64,000 nt of DNA from Candidatus Saccharimonadota bacterium (GTDB taxonomy: Bacteria > Patescibacteriota > Saccharimonadia > Saccharimonadales > JACDBH01): assembly GCA_028289135.1 (NCBI GenBank), contig JAQGGW010000005.1:2941-66940 (forward strand). The letters are read 5' to 3'. Position numbers and translations under genes: made by a program. Below the pieces are notes generated by a model, which had not been told where the DNA came from, made no database searches, and saw nothing but the letters and a program-made list of their open reading frames with translations. Below, one piece after another: positions 47,238 through 56,577 of the stretch; position 1 is the stretch's first letter, and each line of letters begins with the position of its first letter.

Positions 47238-48008
47238 ATGCTCTTAGCTATGTTTTTGGCGGCCGTCGGATTGAATCTTATTTTGTTTGTGCCGGCTTAT
47301 AGGTACAAGACTGATAAACTTACTGATATCTCCTATGCACTGTCTTTTGTTGTGCTCATTACGCTGGCGCTGGGCCAAAGCCGTTTTAAATGGGAAGATT
47401 TTTTGCTGGCGTTGATGATTTTCTGGTGGGTGGTGCGATTGGGCGGATTTTTGCTATTTCGTATCTGGAAAAAGGGCAAAGATAAGCGATTTGACGGCAT
47501 GCGTGAAAACCCCGTGAAATTTTTGCGTTTTTGGTTTTTTCAGGGAGTTACAGTTTTTGTTGTGTTGATCGGCGCGCTGGAATTTATGCATACAAACCGT
47601 CCGGTTTTTAACGTGCTCTCGGCCATTGGATTAGTTATATTTCTAAAAGGCTTAATAATCGAAGCGGTAGCGGATCTCCAAAAGTGGCAATTCTCCCAAG
47701 ACCCTAAAAACAAAGGTAAATGGATTGAAGCTGGGCTGTGGGGCATGTCGCGCCACCCGAACTATTTAGGCGAAATGCTGGTGTGGCTTGGGGTTTATCT
47801 ATATATTCTGCCAAGCCTGCATGGTTTGCAGTGGCTGATCGCGCTCATAAGCCCGGCCTATATTATTATTTTGCTAATGTATGTTAGCGGCATTCCGATC
47901 CTAGAAAAGTCAGCCGACAAAAAATGGGGGAGTAATAAAGATTACAACGCTTACAAAAAACGTGTGCCATTATTAGTGCCATGGACAAATCAACTTCGCA
48001 GCAAATAA
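47238..48008 (+). CDS. DUF1295 / steroid-5-alpha-reductase-like membrane protein
   Basis: DKRFD, ADLQK..F, GLW..SRHPNYLGE, SGIPILE. Confidence 0.88.
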   Translation: MLLAMFLAAVGLNLILFVPAYRYKTDKLTDISYALSFVVLITLALGQSRFKWEDFLLALMIFWWVVRLGGFLLFRIWKKGKDKRFDGMRENPVKFLRFWFFQGVTVFVVLIGALEFMHTNRPVFNVLSAIGLVIFLKGLIIEAVADLQKWQFSQDPKNKGKWIEAGLWGMSRHPNYLGEMLVWLGVYLYILPSLHGLQWLIALISPAYIIILLMYVSGIPILEKSADKKWGSNKDYNAYKKRVPLLVPWTNQLRSK

Positions 48009-48271
48009 CATTTATAGACAAAGCTTTTAAGAATAAAGATGGCCATTTTGCCATCTGGCAAATGCCTAACATTCCACTATTCACCTGGCTGATAGCAACT
48101 ATTCTCGCAAAAGTTGTACAGAACGGTAAAACGCATGATTTGGTTACGACTGCCGCATTTGGCGCGCTGTTTGCATGGGCTCTAATGGAAATATTAACTG
48201 GGGTTAATTATTTTAGGCGGATACTTGGTTTAGTAGTACTGGTTATGTTGATTTTAAGTAAGGTAAAATAA
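47981..48271 (+). CDS. Small membrane protein
   Basis: Q.PN.PL, WA..EI..GVNYFRR.LG; about 3 TMs. Confidence 0.65.
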   Translation: MDKSTSQQITFIDKAFKNKDGHFAIWQMPNIPLFTWLIATILAKVVQNGKTHDLVTTAAFGALFAWALMEILTGVNYFRRILGLVVLVMLILSKVK

Positions 48272-48332
48272 ACAATACCGCTTGTGTATTGCACCTTTTC
48301 CGGGGTATTATGCTCAGGCACATTAATTAACG

Positions 48333-48458
48333 AACGTATCAAGAGCGCAGCGAGAGATCTAGCTTTACGACCTGCCGGCAACCACCTATGTATTTCTTTT
48401 ATATAGCGAAGGTGCTCCCTCTAGCCTTGGCGAATGCCGAAGGAAAGATGTAACCGTT
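48333..48458 (+). promoter_or_regulatory. SAM-I-superfamily riboswitch upstream of metK
   Basis: ATCAAGAG..GAGAGA.CTAG..GAC..CGGCAACC..GGTGCT..CTAG..GAAAGATG; followed by anti-SD AAACTCCTTTT (48472-48482) complementary to AAAAGGAGTTT (48508-48518). Confidence 0.85.
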
Positions 48459-48524
48459 TTAGACATAAAACAAACTCCTTTTCTGACGCAGGCGCTAGGC
48501 CGATACAAAAAGGAGTTTTATTTT

Positions 48525-49493
48525 ATGTCAAACTACAAATCAGCCGAGAGTGTTTCACCAAAACACCCAGACAAATTGTGTGATCAAGTTTCGGATGCAA
48601 TCTTGGACGCATACTTGGCAGTAGATCCAAAGTCCCGCGTTGCTGTCGAAACCATGGGCGGGCACGGCAAGGTATGGATTGTCGGCGAAGTTACATCCAC
48701 AGCCGAAATTGACGTGGCGCCAATCGTAAAGCGTATTTGTGGGGATATCGAACTAGAAGTCCGTTTAGTCCACCAAAGCCCAGAAATCTCCCAGGGTGTT
48801 GATACTGGCGGTGCTGGTGACCAAGGAATCATGGTTGGCTATGCATGCAACCAAACCCCACAACTTTTGCCACTAGAAACCGTTCTTTCGCGACTTTTAA
48901 ACCAGCATTTGTATAAACTCTTTCCATTTGACGGCAAAACCCAAGTAACTCTTAAAGACGGCATTATCCAATCTGTTGTGAGCAGTTTCCAAAACGCTCC
49001 AAACAGCGAACTTGAAGCAGCGGTTAAAGATTGGTTGGCAACTGAGCCACTTGCCAAAAGCGAAGCCGACGTTAAGCTGCACATTAACCCAGCGGGGGAA
49101 TGGAACCAAGGCGGTTTTGACGCCGACACCGGCCTAACAGGCCGCAAGCTGGTCGTGGACAACTACGGCCCAAGCATTCCAATTGGCGGCGGCTGCTTTA
49201 GCGGCAAAGATCCAAGCAAAGTTGACCGCTCTGCAGCATATATGGCGCGCCGCATTGCTGTTGACTACCTTAAGAAAAAGAACGCAAAAGAAGTATTTTG
49301 CTACCTTGCATACGCAATTGGTTATGCCGAACCTCTAGAAGCAACCGTTATCATCGACGGTGTGCCAGAAGTGATTGAAGGCTACGACCTAACGCCAAAC
49401 GGCATCATTAAGTTTTTAGACCTGCGCAAACCACAATACGAAGAAACTGCCCAATACGGCCACTTTGGCCACGCCCGCGCTTGGGACAATTAG
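48525..49493 (+). CDS. metK: S-adenosylmethionine synthetase (compact)
   Basis: AESVS..HPDK.CDQ.SDAILD, GAGDQG, DGKTQV, DTGLTGRK, GGG.FSGKDPSKVDRS, YGHFG. Confidence 0.96.
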   Translation: MSNYKSAESVSPKHPDKLCDQVSDAILDAYLAVDPKSRVAVETMGGHGKVWIVGEVTSTAEIDVAPIVKRICGDIELEVRLVHQSPEISQGVDTGGAGDQGIMVGYACNQTPQLLPLETVLSRLLNQHLYKLFPFDGKTQVTLKDGIIQSVVSSFQNAPNSELEAAVKDWLATEPLAKSEADVKLHINPAGEWNQGGFDADTGLTGRKLVVDNYGPSIPIGGGCFSGKDPSKVDRSAAYMARRIAVDYLKKKNAKEVFCYLAYAIGYAEPLEATVIIDGVPEVIEGYDLTPNGIIKFLDLRKPQYEETAQYGHFGHARAWDN

Positions 49494-49560
49494 TTTTTGC
49501 TGGTTTTTTAAGCACAAATCAAACTCGCTTAAGCTGTAAGTTGACGGTATTATAGGTGCA

Positions 49561-50556
49561 ATGATCAAAACTTTTGTTTTATGTATTTTGGGGGTAGGGA
49601 TTATTTACCTGCTCCAGCAATGGCTGCGGTTAAAGATAAACGGCAAAAGCCAGGTTGATAATAAAGCCGGTCTGTTGTTGGCGTTTTACACCCGCGGCAA
49701 TGCCATTTTTCGGCTTGTTAGCGGCGAACAAAACGGCACCAGCTTTAAGATTTTTGAAACTGCACCCGACCCATATGCTTCCAGCCAGCTGTCAACTCTT
49801 ACACCCGGGGCGGTAATTTATGCAATTGACCTGGACTTTAACACCCAGGCGCACATTATTGGCGTTGGCAAAACCAGCCCAGGAGACAACATTGGAGTCA
49901 AGCAGGCGCTGCATGATTTTGACATGGAAAAAGTGGATCTAGAGGGCGATTTTAGTCAGTATTTTGATGTGTTTTGCGCGCTGGGCCAGCAGGTGCAGAC
50001 CCGCTATGTGCTAAACCCAAAAGGCATGCAGGATTTTATAAAATACATTCAGAACAACTGCTGGGAAATTGTTGGCGACCAAATGTATGTAGTGGGCCAG
50101 CTGCTGGATGCATTAGCAGGCGCTGATATTATCGAAGACAGCAGCGTGTTTATAAAGTCCATCAGCCCAAGCATTAAAAGTTCAATCCCAGGTGGCGACC
50201 CGGTGCACCACGAAAAGGCCTACGGCGAATACGACGGGCCTGTTTTAAACTGTCCAATCTGTAGCAAACCTATGACTTTAACAAACAACATTCACCTGTG
50301 TCCTGAAGGCCACGGTGTGCTAATAAATGGTCGTGAACTTTTGGATATACACGCTGGTAAACTAGATTTTGTGATTAATAATCCAAATCCTCAAGCGCAC
50401 AGTTCTTTAACCTGCCCGTTCTGCAAAAACACCTTGATTGCATCTAACTACTTAGAAGGCAAAACGGTGATTGATTCGTGCCCGCACTGCGCGTTCCGCT
50501 GGCTGGACGCGGATGAAGTCCAGGCCGTCATGCCGCCCACAAAAATAACAAAATAG
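49561..50556 (+). CDS. Membrane-anchored protein with two C-terminal zinc-ribbon (zf-TFIIB-like) motifs
   Basis: N-terminal TM; LEGDF..YF.V; CPIC..CPEGHG; CPFC..IDSCPHC...WLD..E. Confidence 0.7.
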   Translation: MIKTFVLCILGVGIIYLLQQWLRLKINGKSQVDNKAGLLLAFYTRGNAIFRLVSGEQNGTSFKIFETAPDPYASSQLSTLTPGAVIYAIDLDFNTQAHIIGVGKTSPGDNIGVKQALHDFDMEKVDLEGDFSQYFDVFCALGQQVQTRYVLNPKGMQDFIKYIQNNCWEIVGDQMYVVGQLLDALAGADIIEDSSVFIKSISPSIKSSIPGGDPVHHEKAYGEYDGPVLNCPICSKPMTLTNNIHLCPEGHGVLINGRELLDIHAGKLDFVINNPNPQAHSSLTCPFCKNTLIASNYLEGKTVIDSCPHCAFRWLDADEVQAVMPPTKITK

Positions 50557-50611
50557 TAAAATATATATTTTTATTGTATAATAAATACAATCTTAAAACT
50601 GGAGTAATAAA

Positions 50612-50908
50612 GTGGATACTACTAATTCATCACCTGCACTGCAGGGCGGCCTGCATTATTGCGATATTTGCCGCCAGCCAGGCAATGTGCGCTATCTGCT
50701 TTTAACGCAAAGAACCGGCATGTTAGTAAGCCGCGAAACCAGAACTTTCCGCGGAAATATGTGCCAAGACTGCGCAGCAAGGCTGCATAAAAAAGTCCAG
50801 ATCCACAACCTGTTTTTGGCATGGTGGGGGACTATTAGTTTTTGCTTGGCGCCATTTACGTTGATTGCTAATACCGCTCGGTACGTTCAGTTTAGACGTT
50901 CTCTATAA
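50612..50908 (+). CDS. Small Cys-containing membrane protein
   Basis: CDIC, C..C, WWGTISF; GGAG SD with GTG start. Confidence 0.6.
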   Translation: MDTTNSSPALQGGLHYCDICRQPGNVRYLLLTQRTGMLVSRETRTFRGNMCQDCAARLHKKVQIHNLFLAWWGTISFCLAPFTLIANTARYVQFRRSL

Positions 50909-51689
50909 GTTGATAGTAAGCTTGTTTACGACGATCACCATGTTTAGTTAAGCGATTGCCAATATTAACAAAAAACTGCGCGTATTCAAGGTTGGTAAAA
51001 ATTGGTTCTGTACTGTCGGTTTCTTTTAAGACCATAAGTTCGTATATGGCATCCATATGACTATCGTATGCTTCTGTGGCAGGATAGTTAGCCGCTGTAA
51101 GGGTTTCGTTAATTACCGAATGTCTTAGTGTGTCTATTGGCAAACGAATTGGGCGTGCCCAAAATGTGCCGCCTTCCTTTGTTTGGCTTAATGCACGCTC
51201 CATTGCTGCCAATGGGTCACCAAACCAACGAAGTCCAAGCTGGGAAAACACGATATCAAATCTTTCATCTGGCCTGACTACGCGTTCCCAGAAGTCTGCA
51301 TTACCTACACGTAGGTCAACGCCGCTTGCTCTAATGCGATTAAGCTGGCCAGGTTTTAGCAGCCCAGCCGGATGGCCTGTTATACCCACCACTGCAACAT
51401 CATCTCCAAATTTTTCTTTGAGCTGTATCATTTGAGTGCAGGCACCAGCTCCAATATCAAGCACGGAAACTTGCTGGCCGCCATTAAATTCGAGTGCCTC
51501 ACTCACTAAGGTTACGGAGTTTACATCAGGGTCGCCAATTTGCTCATATAACTCTTCTTCGCCCTTGTGTGTATAGCGTTTATACTGCAGGGAAGATGCT
51601 TCAGCGGCGTAGCCTTTATGTAGCATTGTAATAAGTCCCGGCACATCACCGCGGCGTTGGTCTAAAAATAACTGTACCTGAGCACTCAT
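50892..51689 (-). CDS. Class I SAM-dependent methyltransferase
   Basis: VLDIGAG motif I, RFDIVFS, DPL....K.GG. Confidence 0.8.
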   Translation of the reverse strand: MSAQVQLFLDQRRGDVPGLITMLHKGYAAEASSLQYKRYTHKGEEELYEQIGDPDVNSVTLVSEALEFNGGQQVSVLDIGAGACTQMIQLKEKFGDDVAVVGITGHPAGLLKPGQLNRIRASGVDLRVGNADFWERVVRPDERFDIVFSQLGLRWFGDPLAAMERALSQTKEGGTFWARPIRLPIDTLRHSVINETLTAANYPATEAYDSHMDAIYELMVLKETDSTEPIFTNLEYAQFFVNIGNRLTKHGDRRKQAYYQLIENV

Positions 51690-51728
51690 TAGTATATATT
51701 ATAACATTAAAATAATTAGACGACAAAC

Positions 51729-51754
51729 ACCACGAATACCGGAGTACTCGTGGT
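51729..51754 (-). terminator. Terminator-like hairpin at the 3' end of the large ncRNA
   Basis: ACCACGAGTAC-TCCG-GTATTCGTGGT then GTTTGT; C(UCCG)G UNCG loop and a G.U pair on the minus strand; U-tract is weak. Confidence 0.7.
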
Positions 51755-52294
51755 TAATGTGTTCTCTTTGTGCGCGTAAAGGTGCAATGTCTCATTAGGA
51801 GGAGAACATATTGTCTCGGGCCATGCCCGCGCACTAGCTATGGTTTCGTATGCATACGGCCGTATGTACGATGTTTTGCATTATTGTTTGATAACAGCTC
51901 TTTATACTCTGTACGTCCCAAGGCTTAATGCGCCTGAATGAGGGATCTTTACACGTTCTTGCTAGGCAAAAAGGAGCGTATCATTTGTTTTCAGCAAACA
52001 GGTGCCGGGTAGGCGGTGGACCGCACCATGCTGCCATTCCATCCAGTGGCCGTTCCAGATTTCTCCAGATTGGCTTAGAAGGTCAAGCGAGCACCATGCG
52101 ACCGGACCGCATCGGCCACCCTCCGCAGTCTTCTTATAGCAAAAGACTTGGGTGGTTTCACATAATCATGATTTTTTGTCACCCGCACACCTGGTTTTGA
52201 TTATTGCCCGATGCGCATACCTCTCTCGAGGCGATCCTGCGGCTTTAGTCCTGCGTAGCGGCTTATTAAGCTACTAACCGGCATCTGCCTGCTG

Positions 52295-52420
52295 CTAAAA
52301 CATTTGTGATACGGCTATTTTGCGCTTTTGCTCTCCGATGCTCCCTCGATGTATTTCTGTATACACCTTCGGTCCGCTTCTCGAGCAAAAGCACAAACTA
52401 GCTCGTTCAAAATGTTTTAG
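52295..52420. repeat. 126-nt imperfect palindrome (REP/MITE-like) inside the ncRNA 5' region
   Basis: CTAAAACATTT...AAATGTTTTAG ends; GCTTTTGCTC/GAGCAAAAGC; apex TGTAT-N6-ATACA. Confidence 0.7.
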
Positions 52421-52507
52421 ACATACGTCTGCAAAAGACGTAAAAACGAAAATTTCTTAAATTATTTATATTTAAACTATTGTAGAAGAGAATACGTTTG
52501 TAGCTCC

Positions 52508-52536
52508 AGTGTAGCACAGATTATTGATTTTGTCAA
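52508..52536 (-). promoter_or_regulatory. sigma70 promoter driving the large ncRNA
   Basis: TTGACA (52536-52531)-N17-TACACT (52513-52508) with extended TG. Confidence 0.8.
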
Positions 52537-52608
52537 GAGCAATCTTCTTTATAGTGCTTTTGTTTAGTCAACATTTATGGTTTATAGTGGTCATCCAAAG
52601 AGGTAATT

Positions 52609-53256
52609 ATGAAGATATCAGAACTTGAGTTAATAGATCGCCCGCGCGAAAAACTTGCAGCAAAAGGTGTGAAGAATTTGTCGGACTTTGAGTTGCTCCA
52701 GTTAATTATCGGGAGCGGCGTATTTGGGGCAGATGTAACAGTTATTGCAAAAGAAATTAAAAAACTTCTAGATAAATATGGTTATTTAGTTACCCTAGAT
52801 CAGCTGAAGGATATTAAAGGCGTCAGCCTTGCAAGCGCAAGTAAAATTCTTGCTACTTTTGAACTAAGTCAGCGATATACAGTGCAAGATGGGGTTCAAG
52901 TTAAATCCGTTGAAGATGTTTTGCCGCTCTTAAGCTACATAAGAGATAAAAAGCAGGAATATTTTGTTTGCATAACACTCGATGGTGCAAATAGAGTTAT
53001 TGCAACTCGCACTATTACAATTGGCACACTTACTAATTCGCTAGTCCATCCGCGTGAAGTTTTTGCCGACGCTATAACTGATCGTGCGGCGAGCATAATA
53101 ATTGCCCATAATCATCCAGGTGGAAGCCTGAACCCAAGTGACGCAGATGACGATGTCACCATAAGCATAAAATCTGCAGGAAGCATTCTTGGCATTCAAC
53201 TTTTAGATCATCTTATAATTACGAAGCTTGACTACAAAAGCATTATAAATGGTTAA
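52609..53256 (+). CDS. radC: RadC / JAB-domain protein
   Basis: RPREKL, LSD.ELL, QEYF, VHPREVF, HNHPGG..PS..D, LLDH.II. Confidence 0.93.
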   Translation: MKISELELIDRPREKLAAKGVKNLSDFELLQLIIGSGVFGADVTVIAKEIKKLLDKYGYLVTLDQLKDIKGVSLASASKILATFELSQRYTVQDGVQVKSVEDVLPLLSYIRDKKQEYFVCITLDGANRVIATRTITIGTLTNSLVHPREVFADAITDRAASIIIAHNHPGGSLNPSDADDDVTISIKSAGSILGIQLLDHLIITKLDYKSIING

Positions 53257-53300
53257 ATCATAAGCTATATTACACTGTCAAAAAGTGTTATAATTAAAGC

Positions 53301-53495
53301 ATGAAAGCGCCATCCAGCACTCGTAGAAAGAAAGCAGTTTCTGCTGCTGTTTGGTCTGTTAAAGCAGAGGGCCTTCGGCCTACAAAGGCAGCCTCAAAGA
53401 GCCTTGGATCTTACGCATCAGGCAAAATCTCTGCCAAACAATTACGTGCGGAAACAGCACGCAACGTAAAGAACCTGCTTCGAACATCCAAATAG
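53301..53495 (+). CDS. VbhA-like antitoxin of a class I Fic module
   Basis: SVKAEG = (S/T)xxxE(G/N) inhibitory motif; Y..G.IS; directly upstream of fic. Confidence 0.8.
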   Translation: MKAPSSTRRKKAVSAAVWSVKAEGLRPTKAASKSLGSYASGKISAKQLRAETARNVKNLLRTSK

Positions 53496-53496
53496 T

Positions 53497-54117
53497 ATGG
53501 CCTATATAATAAAGAACGATCCGTATATTGATCCGGAGTTTGGGGTGCTGCGCAACAAATTGGGTATTATTAGTCAGAAAACTCTCGATGAGGTGGAATT
53601 TACAATTACTTCAACTGAGATCGCGATTTTAGAAGAGAATATTATTAGGGGTGAATTCGATTTAAATCATTTAAAAGCAGTGCACAAAAAGATATTTGGT
53701 GATCTGTATGAGTGGGCTGGCGAAATACGGACAGTGGATATGGGCAAAGATGATACGCTTTTTGCTCATGCAGAATATATTGTGCCGAGTGCAAATGTAT
53801 TATTTGCAGAACTCAAAAATGAAAATTTTTTAAAGGGTCTTAAAAATCCAGAATTTGTAGAGCGGTTTGCGCACTATTATTCTGAAGTTAACATCCTGCA
53901 TCCTTTTCGGGAGGGCAATGGCCGAGCCCAGCGAGCGTTCTTTACACTTTTGGCAAGATATTCTGGCTGGCACGTAGCATGGGACCAAATGATTCAGGAC
54001 GACAATATAGCCGCTAGTGTTGCGGCATATAATGGCGACGAAGAGCCATTGGTTGAGATTTTACTTCCTTTGTTCGAATGGGTAGATGAGGACTATTGGA
54101 ATCTTGGCTTGGCATAG
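53497..54117 (+). CDS. Fic-domain AMPylase toxin
   Basis: DPY....GVLRNKL, H..IF.D.Y.WAG..R, HPFREGNGRAQR. Confidence 0.93.
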   Translation: MAYIIKNDPYIDPEFGVLRNKLGIISQKTLDEVEFTITSTEIAILEENIIRGEFDLNHLKAVHKKIFGDLYEWAGEIRTVDMGKDDTLFAHAEYIVPSANVLFAELKNENFLKGLKNPEFVERFAHYYSEVNILHPFREGNGRAQRAFFTLLARYSGWHVAWDQMIQDDNIAASVAAYNGDEEPLVEILLPLFEWVDEDYWNLGLA

Positions 54118-54164
54118 TAATGAGTTCCACTATAGGGGTGAAGAGAGTATAATTCTCAGTAAGT

Positions 54165-56573
54165 ATGACCAAAAAAGAAGCTTATTCCCGGGTGGTGATT
54201 GATCGCAAGCTGCGTGAAGCTGGTTGGGATATTGAAGACGAAGAGCAAGTTGTCTTTGAAGATCATAGCACCGCCGGCAGAGCTGACTATGTATTAAAAG
54301 ATTCAAAGGGCATGCCCATAGCGCTTATTGAGGCAAAAGCACCTGAGATTGACCCATATAATGCTAAAAAACAGGCTCGTGATTACGTTGACCTTCAATA
54401 CAAACAGATTGATTTTATATATTTGGCCAACGATCAAAAAATATATTTTTGGGATCTGGGGCATGGCGATGCAGTGCCGTCAGACAGCGGCTTTTTCTCG
54501 CAAAGCGATTTAGAACGAAGACGCGCATCCGGCCGCGTAAATAATGTTAGCCCATTGCTCCAAGAAGCTATAGATACAGATTATTTTAAAGATATTACCG
54601 ATCAGATAAAACTTCGTGATTACCAACTAGACGCATGGAATGCTATTGCAACCAATTATGACGAAAAGCAAAAACGTGCCTTCTTGCTTGAGATGGCAAC
54701 CGGCACGGGCAAAACCGTTCTGGCAGCCTTAATTATTAGCAGATTCTTGCGTACTAATAATGCAAGCCGAGTACTATTTATTGTTGATAGACAGTCATTG
54801 GCAAACCAAACAAAAGGTACTTTTGAACAGCTTCTTCGTAATATTTCCACAGTTGGGGTTTATTGGGGCGGCAAAAGGCAAAACCTTACAGGCAGCAATG
54901 TAGTTATCGCAACTATTCAGTCCCTCGGGCTACATGGTAAAAAAGACTTTACGCCAGGGGCGTTTGATTTAATTATTCACGACGAAGCTCACAGAAGTAT
55001 TTATACGCCTGAGGCGAGGGCAGCGGTTGATCATTTTGTGGGTGCGACAAAAATCGGTCTTACGGCCACGCCTCGTGATTTCTTAAAAAATATTGATATT
55101 GAACAGCTTAGCAATGACGACCCACGTGCTTTAGAGCGCCGCATTCAACGCGATACATATCGTTACTTTGGCTGTGAAAATGGTGTGCCAACATTTCGAT
55201 ATACAATTCAGGACGGCTCAAAAGCTGGCTATTTAATTGAGCCGGTTTACCGTAAGGCAAACACCTCGCTTACGTACCAAGCCCTGAGTGATCAAGGCAT
55301 AACAAAGTTAGATGATGTAGAGCTAGAAGAAGGCACAAGCCTTAAGATTCGTGACTTAGAGCGAAAAGTATTCTTTCCGAAGCGCAATCGTGCAATGATG
55401 CAAGAGTTTTTAGACTACGCAGATTATGCGCCAAACGGTGAAGTAGGCAAGACTTTGATATTTGCAGTTTCGCAGAATCACGCACTTGCTTTAACAAAAA
55501 TTCTGAACGAATTAACGCCAGAATATAACGGCCGCTTTGCCGAAGTTATTACAAGCCGCGTGCATGGGGCACATGAGATAGCCAAAGATTTTGCAAACCT
55601 TAATAACAAACTGCCACGCGTTGCCGTTACTGTTGATATGCTTGCGACAGGCTTTGACGCGCCAGAAATTCTGAACCTTGTCATGGCACGTGCAATTTAT
55701 GACCCTACAACCTATCAACAAATGAAGGGCCGCGGTACACGGCTATGTCCAGAAGTTAAAAAGGAGCGCTTCGTAATTCATGACTTTGCCGGTGTCATTG
55801 ATTACTTTGCTGAAAAGCATGACTGGGATGTTCCGCTGAATGCTCCAGCTAATAAAGTTTACGGTACGGCTGTAGAATCAGTAGAAGAAACAATGCCTAT
55901 GATTCGTGGATCTGCAATTGGTGAGCCGATACAAGAGTATGTTCGTGCGAGTGATATACCTACAAGCAATATGCAAGATTTTATCGCTACACGTGACGTG
56001 GTGCAGTACGGTCTTGGCGAGGGCGATGTTGTTGACAGGAATATGTACCAGGACGAATGGACCAAAGCGGTTCATAACTATGTAAAAGAAAATCGAGAAA
56101 AAGTCGAGCAAGTTATTGACGATCCAGAGCAACTAGACGAGCTCATGGTAGATATTAACCGCGAACTTTTGGACCGACCAAAATATTACTTTAATGAAGA
56201 GACCTTACAGCAAAGTCACCGAGTTATAGCTGGCGTAAGAGATTTTTTCTTGGCGGCACTCGGTAAGACAAAATTACCAACACGTGATGAACAGCTAGCG
56301 GAGTTTAAGCAAGGCCTCGTGAATAAATTTGCCGACAGCGAAGGTGGCGCATCACAGCGTCGCACGCAAATGGTCAAATATTTGGCGGATCACCTTATGG
56401 GTGACCATAAACTTGTTTTAGCAATACGGCTGGAGGGTAACTTATCATTTTTAGCTAAACCAGAATTTGCACAGGCATATACAACCCGCGACTGGCTTGC
56501 AGAATTTAAAGACAAAGATGAACTTTTGGAATTAATTAGTGATATAGCTGTAAACCCGCTACTAAAGGTTTAA
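54165..56573 (+). CDS. hsdR: Type I restriction enzyme R subunit
   Basis: ADY..IEAK nuclease motif, LRDYQ, MATGTGKT, DEAHRS, GLTATP, QMKGRGTR. Confidence 0.9.
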   Translation: MTKKEAYSRVVIDRKLREAGWDIEDEEQVVFEDHSTAGRADYVLKDSKGMPIALIEAKAPEIDPYNAKKQARDYVDLQYKQIDFIYLANDQKIYFWDLGHGDAVPSDSGFFSQSDLERRRASGRVNNVSPLLQEAIDTDYFKDITDQIKLRDYQLDAWNAIATNYDEKQKRAFLLEMATGTGKTVLAALIISRFLRTNNASRVLFIVDRQSLANQTKGTFEQLLRNISTVGVYWGGKRQNLTGSNVVIATIQSLGLHGKKDFTPGAFDLIIHDEAHRSIYTPEARAAVDHFVGATKIGLTATPRDFLKNIDIEQLSNDDPRALERRIQRDTYRYFGCENGVPTFRYTIQDGSKAGYLIEPVYRKANTSLTYQALSDQGITKLDDVELEEGTSLKIRDLERKVFFPKRNRAMMQEFLDYADYAPNGEVGKTLIFAVSQNHALALTKILNELTPEYNGRFAEVITSRVHGAHEIAKDFANLNNKLPRVAVTVDMLATGFDAPEILNLVMARAIYDPTTYQQMKGRGTRLCPEVKKERFVIHDFAGVIDYFAEKHDWDVPLNAPANKVYGTAVESVEETMPMIRGSAIGEPIQEYVRASDIPTSNMQDFIATRDVVQYGLGEGDVVDRNMYQDEWTKAVHNYVKENREKVEQVIDDPEQLDELMVDINRELLDRPKYYFNEETLQQSHRVIAGVRDFFLAALGKTKLPTRDEQLAEFKQGLVNKFADSEGGASQRRTQMVKYLADHLMGDHKLVLAIRLEGNLSFLAKPEFAQAYTTRDWLAEFKDKDELLELISDIAVNPLLKV

Positions 56574-56577
56574 AACA

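Larger units (their letters stand above)
51725..52502 (-). ncRNA. Large structured non-coding RNA (~780 nt), OLE-like
   Basis: Own promoter and terminator; no credible ORF; 17-bp closing stem 52294-52278/52008-51992; CCTC-GAGA-GAGG GNRA hairpin; ordered motifs resembling OLE RNA, recognised from memory rather than by alignment. Confidence 0.7.

Noticed and set aside
51928..52200. 90-aa + strand ORF in the track
   Set aside because: No SD or promoter, no protein-like features, and it lies antisense within the structured ncRNA
51756..52498. Plus-strand orientation for the large ncRNA, suggested by end pairing AATGTGTTCTCTT/AAGAGAATACGTT working better with G.U on +
   Set aside because: The promoter, UNCG terminator loop, GNRA loop, core-stem G.U pairs and OLE-like motif order all point to the minus strand
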